From an uncultured Gemmatimonadales bacterium (lineage in GTDB: Bacteria; Gemmatimonadota; Gemmatimonadetes; Gemmatimonadales; GWC2-71-9): a DNA stretch of 64,000 nucleotides. The notes beneath the pieces were generated by a model. It saw only the letters and a list, made by a program, of their open reading frames with translations. It ran no database searches and was not told where the DNA came from. The stretch spans positions 320,001 through 384,000 of the forward strand of contig CAWJIM010000024.1 in assembly GCA_963842945.1 (NCBI GenBank), read 5' to 3'. Of this stretch, positions 21,893 through 33,084 are shown in pieces. Positions within the stretch are counted from its first letter, which is position 1. Each line of letters begins with the position of its first letter. A program made the position numbers and the translations under genes.

Positions 21893-23179
21893 TCTTGGTG
21901 GACGGCTGCCGGCTCTTCTGCAGGCGCGCGGCGGTCGCTTCTGCCCCCCGGAAGGCGCGAAGCAGGTTTCTTCCCGCGAGCTTTTTGAGATCGCCGTCGC
22001 TCCACCCCCGCCGAATCAGCTCGGCAAAGAGCTGCGGGAACTTGGACGCGTCTTCCAGCCCTTCAGGCACGGTGTCGATCCCGTCAAAGTCACTTCCGAT
22101 CCCCACATGGTCCACTCCCGCGACCTTCCGCACATGCTCGATGTGGTCGGCCACCTGCTTGAGGGTGGCCGTCGGCTGCGGATGGGCATTCTTCCACTCG
22201 TCGGCCTGTCTACGCCTCTCGCTGGTATCGCTCACTGTCGCCTTGAGCCGGTCCCATTCCCGCTGGTACTCCGCGTCCCAGGCTGCGGCTTCCGGGGAGA
22301 CGAACGCAGGCACGAACGTGACCATCACGACCCCACCGTTCTTGGGCAGCCGAGCCAGAATCGAGTCCGGCACGTTACGGGGATGCTCGGTGAGCGCCCG
22401 GGCGGCCGAGTGGGAGAAGATGACCGGGGCCTCACTCACGTCCAGTGCATCGCTCATGACCGAAGGAGCGACATGGGACAGATCTACCAGCATGCCCAGG
22501 CGGTTCATTTCCCGCACCACTTCCTTGCCGAACTCGGTGAGCCCATCGTGCCGGGCACTATCGAGCGCCGCATCGGCCCAGTCCAGGGTGACATTGTGGG
22601 TGAGGGTCATGTACCGTGCCCCCAGCTCGTAGTACGATCTCAACGCACCCAGGGAGTTCTCGATGGCATGACCGCCTTCCATGCCCAGCAAGGAGGCGAG
22701 GCGGCCCTTTTTGAAGTCGCGCTCGATATCGTCGGCCGTGAGGGCCAGCGCCAGCCGATCGGGATAACGGGCGATCATCCGGCGGGCGATGTCGAACTGC
22801 TCCAGCTGCACTCGCGCGTAGCCGCTGTCCTTGATTTCCCCGGGGATGTAGATCGACCAGAACTGCGCGGCGACCTTTCCCTCCTTGAGGCGCGGCAGGT
22901 CGGTTTGCTTGGGCGACGGGCGCCGAATGTCGTAGGCAGCCACATCGCGGGGAGCGTCTTTCGCCTCCCGGATTTCCCAGGGCAGGTCGTTGTGGCCATC
23001 GATCAACGGGGTCGAAGCCAGGAGCTTCCGGGCATGCTCGAGGGCAGGATCTGAAGACTGGGCGGCCACAGAGGAAGCCATGGTTAGGAGGAAAAGCGTG
23101 AGCGGGAGCTGCAGACAGCGGAGGGGAAAAGCGTGAGCGGGAACTGCCGACAGCGTGAGCGGTGAGCGGGAGTGCGCAT
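21855..23179 (-). CDS. Membrane dipeptidase (peptidase M19), secreted; signal region has a 35-bp duplication and a frameshift
   Basis: IDGHNDLP, AQFWSIY, GMEGGH, TLTHN, DLSHV, SHS, GSDFDG; probable start ATG 23179 (MRTPAHRSR..). Confidence 0.9.
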
Positions 23180-23277
23180 TGAAGATCTGGGTGAGAGTTG
23201 GAATATCAAATCTAGTCAACAAGCTAATGCCGAGTACTGTCCCCTCCGAAGCAGCCCCGCTCACCTCACCGCTCACG
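23090..23277. repeat. GTGAGCG(G) repeat cluster with 35-bp tandem duplication and inverted copy
   Basis: GGAAAAGCGTGAGCGGGA(G/A)CTGC(A/C)GACAGCG twice at a 35-nt period; GTGAGCGGTGAGCGGG at ~23155 versus CCCGCTCACCTCACCGCTCAC at ~23256. Confidence 0.65.
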
Positions 23278-23630
23278 TTCTCTGTCCCCGTTTTTAGACT
23301 CACCAGCTCCGTCCGGATGAGGAACTCGGGACAGATCGTTCGATCGTACTCGTAGGGCCCGCCGGTCTCCGCATCGATCCAGGGGAATCCGCGACACACC
23401 GCGGGGTAGTACGGCTGGGCGTGGATGGTGCACACGTTGTCCTTGAGAAAGACACAACGGCCCCGCCGCACCCGGGTCCGCCACTCACCCCAGCGCGTAC
23501 GATAGATCAGGTCGGGACTGTGGAGCTCCGCAATGGCCGCGGCCTCCTCCTCGCTCAGAGTGACGCCGTAGGCACAACAGGAAGACTGGTGAGGACAGGG
23601 AAAGCACGGTAAGGCCGGCAGGTCATGCAT
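23200..23630 (-). CDS. YkgJ-family cysteine cluster (CxxCxxCC) protein; 3' end uncertain
   Basis: CFPCPHQSSCC..GRCVFL..CTIH..PAVCRGFP..C. Confidence 0.8.
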
Positions 23631-23638
23631 GTGCAAAA

Positions 23639-26301
23639 TTAGTCCGGTTGGGCCAGCGTTACCACGATGGTGACGATCTCGTGCGGCGCAGCGTGAAATG
23701 GGACACTGCGGCTGCCTTCTCCCAACCTGATCTCATGCAGCGGGTGCTCGTCGGCCCGGGAACGCTGCGCGGCGGAGAGCGGGGCAGACATATGCCAGAC
23801 ACCGGCAGCCGGCTGAGACCTGGCGTTGAAACAGCGGAGTACCAATCCACCTCCCTGCTCCGCGGGCTTGATGGCGGAAAAAACGAGTCCCTCGCCCTCC
23901 AGCCGGATTTCGATTGACGGCGGGCTGAGCGGAGAGGCCTGACGAAGCCATTGGGCGCGGACCGGGAGAAAGGCGTCTTCCCAAAGCTGCGGCAACGTGG
24001 TTCCCTGCTCCACCTCCGCCTGGGTTACCGGCGCGAGCGCGAGCTGCACGCGGTCTCGGCCCAGGCACTGCGCTTCTGGCGTCGGCGTGGGCCAGCCGGC
24101 GTGGCCGGGCCGGGTCGGAAGGTCCCCCCGAGAGAGCTGGCCCACCGAGCGCAGGAGCGTCATCAGCAGATCGCCCCCGGGTCGCAGCTCGTACTCGAAA
24201 AAACCGGGAGTCAGCAGCGCCAACCCCCGGTCCCTTTCGGAGCAAGCGACATATCGATGTGCCGGGGCCGTGGCCACCGGTGTCTCCCGCCGGTAGCGGC
24301 TGGGCCGAGAGCCAACCGGGGGCCGGGCAATCGCCCCGAATTGCGAACCCGCCGTGGCGCTCGCTCCAGGAAGACCGGTCCGCACTCGCGCGCGCAGCCG
24401 ATGGTCCCGCGCTCGATTGTCCAGCTCCAGCGTACACCGAAGCAGAGGGCTTCCTGCGTAGAGCGAAAGCGTCACCCGCGCTCCAACTTCCTCGCGCGTT
24501 CCTCCCCGGCCCGGTCGGAGGGTGAGTGCCCAGCGGAGCTCAAACGCCGACACCAGGGGTCCCTGAGCCAGCGGTCGGACCGCAACTTTGCTCCGGGTCC
24601 GAACGGTTCGGTCGCGAAGGGGAGGGGCATAGGTGTATGTGTCCCCCACGTCGCCGCTGGCTTCCAGGCTCAACACATCATGGTACAGCTGGCCCGTACG
24701 ACGATCTCTCAGGGTAATGGTTCCCGCCACCGCCGATTCGGATCTCCAGTAGCTCATTCCCCATCGAACGCCCACGAAGCCACGCGCCGCCTTGCACCGG
24801 TTTCGCCCCGGCGCCCAAACCGTAGACCTCAAAGCCCATTCCCTTGACGGCCTGAGTCTCAAACGCCACCCGGGTGCAGTCGACCTCATCCTGGTCGGGA
24901 TAGTGCCGCGCCGCATCGAGTCGCTCGTAGTCGCGTCTTCGCCCCAGCCATTGGACCCCGAGCGGAGCGTCACTGCCCACGAAGTGGAAGGGACGCGCTC
25001 CCGTGCCAGTTCGAGGAACATTGTCTCCAGGGGGTCCCACCAGAACATCCCGCTCAAACCAGGTGACATCGGCAATGACAACGCCGGATCGGGGTCGTGG
25101 CACCGGATTCCAGAGCACCAGCTGGGGTTCGCCCAGCTCGGGCTGGTCTCGCACCCGGTCGGGGTTGTTGCCGACCAGCTCGTCGAGGCTGGTACGGGCT
25201 ATTTCGGCCGCGAGGTTCCTGGCATCCTGCAGCCGAAGGCTCACCCGCCTTGCCACCTGATCGCTGGTGCAGCCACCGATCGAGTCATGGAACTCGCTCT
25301 GAAGCAGCAGTCGCCAGGCATGATTCAACAGAGGCCGGCGGTCACAGCCGCGATAGGTCCCGGCCAAGGCTGCCAGCGGATCGGCGCTTCCACTCAAAGT
25401 GAGCTCGGCCAGAGCGTGCAGTCGCTTGAGCGGCGCCCTGGTGCCGTGGACACCCTGAAGAGTCCAGGTATAGCCGTAGGACCAACGCAGCTCGCCCGCA
25501 ATCACCGGCACGGCGGCCGACTCCGCCGCAGCGGCAACAAAGAATTCATGGAGCCGGGAGACTGCGGAACTGGCTCCCCGGCTCGAGCTCGCCGAGCAAG
25601 CGCTGCAGCTTCAGGATCTCGGGGTGGGCGGCATGATGGTCGGCGCCGACGAAGACGGCGACCTGGTGGGTCGCCGCGCGCTCGACCAGCGCGGAGCGGA
25701 TGCGAGACCATACCCGGGGCAGCCGCTCTGCGTCTGCGGGTAGCGCCGCACCGATCTCGTAGCCATCCGGTGGCAGATGATAAAGCAGCACCTCGCGTCC
25801 GTCCGGACCGCGCCAGCGATATAGATCGTGCTCCTGGCCGGCCTCGCCGCCCAACCCGCGCCAGAGCACTCCGAACCGGATGCCGAACTCGCCGGCCAGC
25901 TGGGGCCAAACTGCCGGGTGCCCGAAGGCGTCCGGCGAATAGAGCACGTCACTGCGACCACCGAATCGGGCCGCGTGGGCCTGTCCGGCGAGCAGATTTC
26001 GAATCAGCGATTCTCCGGAGGGGATCAGCTCGTCAGCCAGAACGTACCAGGGACCTACCTGAAGCCGTCCGGAGCGCACCAGCTCCACGACGGTTGCTTC
26101 GCGCTCGGGCCGGACTGCCAGATAATCCTCGAGGAGCACGGTCTGTCCGTCGAGCAGGAAAGTGGATCCGGACTCCGAGGCGAGCCGGTCGAGGAGATCA
26201 TCTAGAGCGGGAACGAGGCGGGCAAGAAATACGGATTGCGGGAGGTACCACTCCCGGTCCCAGTGGGTATGCGGGATGAGATGGAAGGTGTACCCGGCCA
26301 T
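23639..26301 (-). CDS. Glycoside hydrolase family 38 (alpha-mannosidase-like), frameshifted into three ORFs
   Basis: IPHTHWDREWY, LDGQT, GPWYVLADE, PDAFGH, GADH, FHDSIGGCT, GDVGDTY, TLLRSVG. Confidence 0.92.
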
Positions 26302-26322
26302 TGCCGGGAAAGCTAACCAGCC

Positions 26323-26620
26323 TCAGTCGTAGCCGGTGAAGGGCTCGGTCTCGAAGCGAGTGCCTTTGGTACGAGTCTTCAAAGAGGTGAGTGATTCGGA
26401 GGGTGGACGGGAGCCGCTCGACCCTGCTCTCGATCAGCTTCAGATTCGGATTATTGCCCAGGCCAAGAGCATTAAGCCGTTCCGCCTCGGCTCGGGCTAC
26501 ATCGCCTGGTGTGGGGCGGCTGGCTGGATAGGCATCCTCGTGATGACGGATCAAGGCCTGCCAATGCTGGTCACCCGCGCGTTCGATTGACTCTCGAATC
26601 TGTTCCCGGGTGAATGCCAT
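26323..26620 (-). CDS. Small hypothetical protein, frameshifted near 26370
   Basis: MAFTREQIRESIERAGD.., ending TRFETEPFTGYD* in a shifted frame. Confidence 0.5.
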
Positions 26621-26798
26621 TGTTTTCAGCCTGCTCCGGGGCAAGCTCGATGAGGAAGACGGCCGACAAGATCAGAAATCCGCCCGCCAGAGGCCCAAAG
26701 CGGATGTTTCCGAAGTAGTAGCCCAGTAGAACGAACACGGCCACCATGCCGAGACAACACCATCCCGCCACCCGGCGGACCATTTCGCTGATGCCCAT
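26571..26798 (-). CDS. Small two-TM membrane protein
   Basis: GGAGA RBS; two hydrophobic segments. Confidence 0.5.
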   Translation of the reverse strand: MGISEMVRRVAGWCCLGMVAVFVLLGYYFGNIRFGPLAGGFLILSAVFLIELAPEQAENNGIHPGTDSRVNRTRG

Positions 26799-26863
26799 AC
26801 CCGTCTCCGAAGAGGGGACGGTCTAACATGTCATCCAGCCGGAACCTTCGGCTGTATGTCACG

Positions 26864-28056
26864 TCACCGGGCCTCAGTGACCGCCAGCAACCGAGCGGCA
26901 GCGGCAAAGCGTTCCTGGTTCAGCAGAAAGCCGGCCGAGCTGGTTGGCACCCGCATCCGGCCCTGGGAATCCATCGTGAGCGGAATGACATCGGCGTCGG
27001 GGCCGAACCACCGCGTGCTGGGCTCCACATCCGAGGGGTAGACAAAGCCCGGCAAGGCCGCAGCCGCAATAGCAGCCTGAGATCCTATGCCGGACTCGGG
27101 CATGGTACCGGCCCACAGTTTGGCGCCGTAGGAGCGAGCGAGGGGGTAAATCCGGCAGACCTCCGTCAGACCACCCACCCGATGCACCTTGATGTTCCAG
27201 ACCCGTGGCCCTTCCAGCTCGACGATCTGTCGCGCGGCCCGCGCATCGTGCAGCGTCTCGTCCACGCACACAGGGGTCCGAAGCTCACTGGCAAAGGCGC
27301 GCGTGCCCCACAAGCTCGTCAGGAGGTAGAGGCTGCTCGATGTAAAGCAGATCACCCCGGTCGAGATCCTGTAGAGCAGCTCTCTGCTCCGGCCACTGGT
27401 AGGCTCCGTTCGCATCAACCGTCAGGGGCAAACCGGAACCGGCCATCGCTTCCTCTGCCGCCTTGATCGGGGCAGCATCCCAGCCGGGCGCGATCTTGAT
27501 CTTGACCCGACGGTATCCCCGGGGGATTGCCTGCTCGATCCAGCGGCGGAGGGTCTGGAGCGAGCGGTCGGCCGGGATGCCGAGCGCCACACCGCAATCG
27601 ATGACCGGAGAGGACTCGACGCCGAGCCGGTCAGCGAGAACCTGAGCCAGTCCGGTATTCTGCCGCGCCGCTTCGAGGTCCCAGAGCGCCGTGTCTATTG
27701 CCGCGCGGGCAAAGCGGTTTCCTCGAATGCCATCGTGCAAGACAGCGATCGGCCGCCTGGGATGAGCCGGGTTGGGCCTGCAACAGGCGGGGAATCAACA
27801 CCTGCTCCAGGAGATGGCGGGCACCCGCCAGGGTTTCGTCGGAGTAAAAAGGCAGCTCGAAGGGCGGCGACTCGCCCAACCCGCGGTTGCCCCGCTCGTC
27901 GTGCAGAATCACGACCAGAGACCGGCGGTGGGTCATGGTGCCACCGGAGATGATGAATGGCTCTACCAGCGGCAAAGTCAGCTCATACAGCTCGACCCGC
28001 TCGAGTCGGAAGCTGGTGGAGCTGGGAGAGGCGGAGCTGGCGCTCAGCGAGGTCAT
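26864..28056 (-). CDS. o-succinylbenzoate synthase / N-acylamino acid racemase-type enolase superfamily enzyme, frameshifted
   Basis: LPLVEPF, GNRFARAAIDTALWDL, KIKIAPG, DAN, EQP, DE, NIKVHRVGG, GTMPESG. Confidence 0.88.
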
Positions 28057-29234
28057 ACCCGGCTGAGATTCTGCAGATCGAGGAACTTGAGCTCCCCGTC
28101 TCGCCGCTCGAGTTGGCCTTCTGCCTCGAGGTCAAGCATTCCGGCTATGAGTCCGTCCTTAGGATCAAAGACCAGCGCATGCAGGGCACGCTGGGGACGA
28201 GACCCGGCTGTGGCAGGCGTACTCCGAAAGCGGAAGCTGAAAACCGGTATGCAGCTGGACACTTTCACAGCCGGCGCGGGCATAGTCCAGGAGAATCCGC
28301 CCGCTACCTACGTTGCCGCTGGCCACCAGGGGCGGCAGAGAGAAGTCGTTCCGCGAAGCCAGCTCGAGTACCCGCAGATTGCGCTCGCTCAGATCGTAGC
28401 CGCCATACGCCACGCCCAGCGCCGGGTCCCACAGCCGATTGAATACCACCAGCGTGTCGGCCGAACTGGAGGCGCGCAGCATTTCCAGCTGGAAGGCGTC
28501 GTCGAAACGGGCGTTCATCAGCTTCAGCGCCAGGCGGACGGGCCGGTCAGTGCCTCGACGAATCTGATCGGGAACCTCTCGCAGCCACCGCAATATCTGG
28601 TTTCGCTCATCGGCCAGCGCGTCTCCCGCCAGCGTGGGAGAGAAATCCTTCTCCAGCGACAGGGTCTCGTTGACCCCACGCTGCGGCGATGCGCTCGGTG
28701 GTATGGCGATACTCGGCGGACCGAAATGGCTCGTCCAGCCGGGGGAGGTGGTATTTGACTGAGGGCACCGCGACGATCTCTCCCGAGCGGGTGAGATCGC
28801 CGGCCGAGCGAACCAGGGACGAGATAGTCTTCGAAGGAGCGGTCCCAGCCTCGGCCCTTCCAGGTGACCGTCCACCCCTCGCGTCCAGTCTGGGACCGGC
28901 GCCGCTCGACTCTCATCCGCGTCTCGTGGATGGCCCATGCTGCCATCGCCCGCTCTCCAGCCGGATCCTCTGCGATCACCGTCTTCAGAACGACGAACGC
29001 GAGACCCGCTGCCCGATCGGTTTCCAGCTGCTCGAGATTGAGCGAGAGTTGCCCCGATCCCTTGCCGATCGGGTGCGGAAGAGGGTGACCCAGGTACCGG
29101 GCGCTGAGATCTATCCGGTAGGCGTCCCGGACGTGGTCCGGGAAGTCGCGCGGAAGCTCGCGCCTGAAGCGCTCGAAGTCACGCTCGAGTCGCTCGCGCA
29201 TCGCGGACCATGCGCTCGACTGCCGCGCGTTCAA
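28053..29234 (-). CDS. Dihydroorotate/dihydropyrimidine dehydrogenase-like FMN TIM-barrel protein, frameshifted
   Basis: HPIGKGSGQLS, FVVLKT, LKL, ASGNV, CESVQLHT resemble class 1 DHODH FMN motifs. Confidence 0.6.
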
Positions 29235-30072
29235 TGGCTGGAAGTGGAGGTCCCCACGGGTCGTCGCAGGCCTCTGGAGGAAGGGCGCCCTCCGCTGCGG
29301 CCGCCCACAGCATGCGGCGGATGTAACCCTCCATGGGCTCGATGAAGGTGGTCTGGCTGAATCGGTCGCACTGCTCGGACAAGGCGATGAAGCGAGGCCA
29401 ATCTTCCGCCATCCGGGCGCGAAGCAGATCGGCCTGGAGATCCGGAAGAGCGGAGCCCATTCCGATCAGCGCCGCGCGGGCGCCCAGGAGAAGAGAGTAA
29501 CCCAGAAAACGATCTTCGCCGGTGATGAGCAGCTTGTCAGGATGCTCCCGGAGCACGGCGGCAATTCGCTGGAAGGTGATCACCGAATCGAGCGTAGCCA
29601 CCTTGATGCCGACCACGTTGGGCAGGTCGAGAATGCCATGCAAGGTGCGGTCGTCGTAGTCCACTCCGCCGGCGGCCTGATACAGATAGAACGCGATGAC
29701 CGGTAGCTCCCGGCCGAGCCGCTGATGATATCCAACGGGATCGCTGGATTGAGGAAAGGCGAGGAGAGCATCGGCCTTTCCCCGGCGGGCTTCGATGGCC
29801 ATGGTGATGTCGCGGGCACCGGCAACCAGTACGCGATCCGGCAGCGCCTCACGCCAGGTATCGAGCACCAGTCTGCGTTGCTCCGAGCTGAGGTGGGGAC
29901 CTCGTCCGGTATGGGCCCAGACCGCGACTCCGGCTACTGGCTGGCCGGCCATCCAGCCGGCATAGGAGCGTTGCGCGGCCGGATCGAGATCCCCACCGCG
30001 AAACGGCACCGGCACAGCCGGGATGAGTCCGCCATCGAGACGCTCGATCAACGAGCTGACATCCGCCGTCAC
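29179..30072 (-). CDS. Dihydrodipicolinate synthase family (class I aldolase) protein
   Basis: GLIPAVPVPF, VWAHTGRG (variant of GTTGE), FYLY, VGIKVAT Schiff-base Lys, TGED. Confidence 0.85.
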   Translation of the reverse strand: MTADVSSLIERLDGGLIPAVPVPFRGGDLDPAAQRSYAGWMAGQPVAGVAVWAHTGRGPHLSSEQRRLVLDTWREALPDRVLVAGARDITMAIEARRGKADALLAFPQSSDPVGYHQRLGRELPVIAFYLYQAAGGVDYDDRTLHGILDLPNVVGIKVATLDSVITFQRIAAVLREHPDKLLITGEDRFLGYSLLLGARAALIGMGSALPDLQADLLRARMAEDWPRFIALSEQCDRFSQTTFIEPMEGYIRRMLWAAAAEGALPPEACDDPWGPPLPAIERAAVERMVRDARATRA

Positions 30073-30153
30073 GCCTTCACCCGGCGAAGCTTGCTCTTGG
30101 CCGGGCTCCCGCTGAGCGCCGAAGCATTCTCCGCTTCTATGGCTGAGCGGTGC

Positions 30154-30878
30154 TCAGAGCTCAGGCTCGAGGAGGTCCAGCTTGGCCACGCTGTTCTCCG
30201 GCAGCCGAAGCGGCTGCCCGGTTCCGAAGACAAAGCGCTCGACTCCAACGGTGCGCAGCAGGGTCTCCAGGTGATCCTCCGGCGGTCCCCAGATCCAGCA
30301 GATGTCCCACCAGATCCGGGCGGACTCTTCCGGAGTGGACCCGAAGTGCACTTCCTCTACGAAGCTCCGGTCGGCGTGGGTGATGAGCAACCGCACTGCC
30401 GGATCGGCGCGCAGGAGTGTCCGAACTGCGGCTGCCGGCAGCTCGGGAGACCGATCGTTGGGGTGGCGCTGCCGGGCGTCCTCGAGGCGTACCGCCATGA
30501 TCAACGCCATGTTCTCAGCGGCACAGGCCTGAACCAGCAACCGCATCTCGGGCCCGGTCGGGATCCAATGCGTAGTAAGTCGGATCAGATCTCACCGCTG
30601 GTGCGCCGCGGGACCGAGCCTCCCGGAGGCTTTGCTCCCACCCCTTGAGTCCCGGATGAACCGCCGGAATCGGGCGCAGTCGCTCATTGTCGTCAGTGAT
30701 CTGGTATAGCCAGGAATTTCCTTCAGCCGGGGTCCCGCCAGAACACGCTGGGTAGGTGGGTGATCCAGGCCTGGTCTACGGAGACGCGGTCCATGGATTG
30801 GAGCAGCGCCTCCACCGAGGTCCCGGGAACTCTCCGAAACGGATAGGCGCCCACGAAGCTATTGACGTCGAGGCGCAT
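30154..30878 (-). CDS. Amidohydrolase_2-like protein with degenerate metal site, frameshifted
   Basis: DVNSFVGAYPFR, RLED.RQRHP, ITH, RFVFGT. Confidence 0.75.
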
Positions 30879-31678
30879 CAATCGGTCGGGAACGCGTTGG
30901 GGGGAAAAATCCGGGCGGCATTGCGCCACCGGATCAGCTCGAGCTCGGACGGCGAAAGCAGATGTTCCAGGTAGCGCAGCTTAGCCCAACCAGTATCAAT
31001 GGTGAGATCACAACCCCAGAGCAGGCGCTCCACGCCCACGGCCTCGACGCAGGCCTCCAGCATCCCGCCGTCCACGCCGCTACCGGAGAGGTCTACGTAC
31101 ACGTTGGGGAGAGACCGAATGGCCGCCAGTGAGTGGATCCAATCGCCCCCACCGCCGATATGTGCCAGCAGAAAGTTGACTCCAGGGTGCCGGGCAGCCA
31201 GCGCTCCCAGCTCGATCGCGTCGCTCGCTTCCTGTCCCGGGTAATCCCGCCGCCGGTGTTGCCAGATGTGGTGGAGTACGGGAACACCGCGCTCACCGGC
31301 CACCCGGCAGATCGGGTCCAGAAGAGGATCGTCGGCCCTGCGGCTTGCCGCCAGCTTGATCCCGACCATGCCGGCATCCAGGCAGCGAGCCAGCTCGCTC
31401 AGCGCGTGGCGCTGAAAGTTTGGATTGACGACGGCATAGCCGCGGATGCCCCCGGCGTGCTCCCGTTGCAGGGCCAGGAGGAAGCTGTTGCCGTACTCGA
31501 TGTCGCTGGGAGAGGGAAAGTAGATGGGAGAGGTGGCACCCCAGCTGCCGAGAATCGAGGCAACGTGGACCGTAATACCAACGCGCTCCCCGGCTCGCAA
31601 CCGGCTGGCATTACGTTCTCGCCAGTCGGGGCGGGGGGAGCGGTCGTGCAGGAAATGGGCGTGAACGTCGATGAGCAC
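30878..31678 (-). CDS. Amidohydrolase_2 family protein
   Basis: IDVHAH, GIKL, VLHH, LAHIGGG, VYVDLSGS, LLWGCD. Confidence 0.9.
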   Translation of the reverse strand: MLIDVHAHFLHDRSPRPDWRERNASRLRAGERVGITVHVASILGSWGATSPIYFPSPSDIEYGNSFLLALQREHAGGIRGYAVVNPNFQRHALSELARCLDAGMVGIKLAASRRADDPLLDPICRVAGERGVPVLHHIWQHRRRDYPGQEASDAIELGALAARHPGVNFLLAHIGGGGDWIHSLAAIRSLPNVYVDLSGSGVDGGMLEACVEAVGVERLLWGCDLTIDTGWAKLRYLEHLLSPSELELIRWRNAARIFPPNAFPTD

Positions 31679-31689
31679 CCGTGCTTCCT

Positions 31690-31857
31690 CTACTCCTCCT
31701 CTTGGGGCAGGTTCTGAGGCAGCCCTCCCAGACCCGCTTCACTCTCATCGGTAACTGTCAACTTCAGATCAGCGTTGGTTGCGACCTCTTCTTCCAGGGT
31801 GCCGTCGTCATCGTCCACATCGTCGAAATCATCGAGGGTAGGTTTGCGCGATGACAT
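31690..31857 (-). CDS. Small very acidic protein (55 aa)
   Basis: Strong AGGAGGAG RBS; MSSRKPTLDDFDDVDDDDGTLEEEV..QNLPQEEE. Confidence 0.6.
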   Translation of the reverse strand: MSSRKPTLDDFDDVDDDDGTLEEEVATNADLKLTVTDESEAGLGGLPQNLPQEEE

Positions 31858-31897
31858 GTCTCCTCCTGTGCGGTAAAGAACAGACCCACCCCACAAT

Positions 31898-33064
31898 TTA
31901 GGCAGGTTTGGCCACGGTCGAGAGGGCCTCGGCAAGCAGGGCGAGCGAGCGATCGACCGTGGGTGCGTCGTGAGCCAGAGAAACGAAGTTGTAGGCCGAG
32001 CGCTTGAACAGTAGACCAGCGTGGGCGCAGGCCGCCGTCACCGAGCGGGACACGGTGTCGTCGGCGTAGTGGAGAAAGCACATCTCCGGGAGACCGCCAA
32101 CGCCCGTCACGAGATCGGGATGTTCGCGGTGCAGCTGGTGCAGGCCCTCCAGCAGACGGCCGCCCACGCGCTGAAGGTGAGTCGGCACACCTTTGGTCAC
32201 CATCACCTGAAGCGTGGCCAGGGCTGCGGCCAGGGAGACGAACTCCGTCGCGAGCGTAGAGGAGATCCAGGTGCGCAATGCCCCAGCCATCACCTCCCGA
32301 CTGCCTCCCACCGCCGCCAGCGGGAACCCGTTGGCCAGAGCCTTGCCCATAACCGTGAGATCGGCCCGGATACCATAGCGCTCGCTCGCGCCTCCAACGG
32401 CGAGGCGGCAGACCGTCTTGATCTCATCCACGATGAGCAGAGCCCCGGCGCGCCCGGTCTCTTCCCGGAGGACCTCGAGCCATGCCGCGTGGGGCTCGGC
32501 CACAATCACTGGCTCGAACACCACGGCAGCGAGCCGGTCTCCCGCCGAGCGAATCAGCTCCCGTGCACGATTGGCATCGTTGAAGGGAAGCTCCGAGTAC
32601 AAGGCGCGGGTGGCCGAGGGAACGCCGGCAGCACCCTGGGACCAGTCGAGCCAGCCGTGATAGCCGCAGCCGAGCACGTGATCCCGGCCGGTGAAAACTC
32701 GAGCCAGGCGAACCGCCGCAGCCATCGCCTCGGCACCGGTCTTGAGAAACCGAACCTGCTCGATCCACGGCATCAGGCGGCAGATCTCCGCGGCAACTTC
32801 CTCCTCCAGCGCGGGAGCAAGCGGACCGACCACACCGTTCCCGGCGGCAACGGTGACCGCGCGAGTCACCTCGGGATGGGCATAGCCCAGGGCAACGGAG
32901 CCCAGTCCCATGATGTAGTCGACGTATTCCCTGCCCTGGTCATCCCAGACGCGACAGCCGGACGACCGAGTCATCCGGCTGGGCAGATCGGGATCGCGGG
33001 ACCCAAAGACTGTCTCGGGACGCTTGCTTCCGGTGGAGGTGAATCCCGGGATGTGTTCGGTCAC
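31898..33064 (-). CDS. Class III PLP aminotransferase (GSA-aminomutase-like)
   Basis: VWDDQGREYVDYIMGLG, KTGAEA, YHGW, DEIKT, MGKALANG, SST. Confidence 0.88.
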   Translation of the reverse strand: MTEHIPGFTSTGSKRPETVFGSRDPDLPSRMTRSSGCRVWDDQGREYVDYIMGLGSVALGYAHPEVTRAVTVAAGNGVVGPLAPALEEEVAAEICRLMPWIEQVRFLKTGAEAMAAAVRLARVFTGRDHVLGCGYHGWLDWSQGAAGVPSATRALYSELPFNDANRARELIRSAGDRLAAVVFEPVIVAEPHAAWLEVLREETGRAGALLIVDEIKTVCRLAVGGASERYGIRADLTVMGKALANGFPLAAVGGSREVMAGALRTWISSTLATEFVSLAAALATLQVMVTKGVPTHLQRVGGRLLEGLHQLHREHPDLVTGVGGLPEMCFLHYADDTVSRSVTAACAHAGLLFKRSAYNFVSLAHDAPTVDRSLALLAEALSTVAKPA

Positions 33065-33084
33065 GGTCGCCTCGCGCGCTGAAG

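Noticed and set aside
21855..23636. 593-aa YkgJ-dipeptidase fusion in the ORF track
   Set aside because: The linker crosses repeat DNA, and the dipeptidase has its own signal peptide and a plausible ATG at 23179 one frame off; most likely an indel artefact.
24792..26279. Long opposite-strand ORFs (also 52165..53607 and 57371..58561)
   Set aside because: Shadow ORFs antisense to well-supported genes, expected in high-GC DNA; no recognisable motifs.
26864..28056. menC of menaquinone biosynthesis
   Set aside because: No other men genes nearby; the catabolic context fits the promiscuous NAAAR-type subfamily, so no symbol was given.
31898..33064. hemL
   Set aside because: GSA-aminomutase-like, but it lies in a sugar-related operon with no hem genes; function left open.
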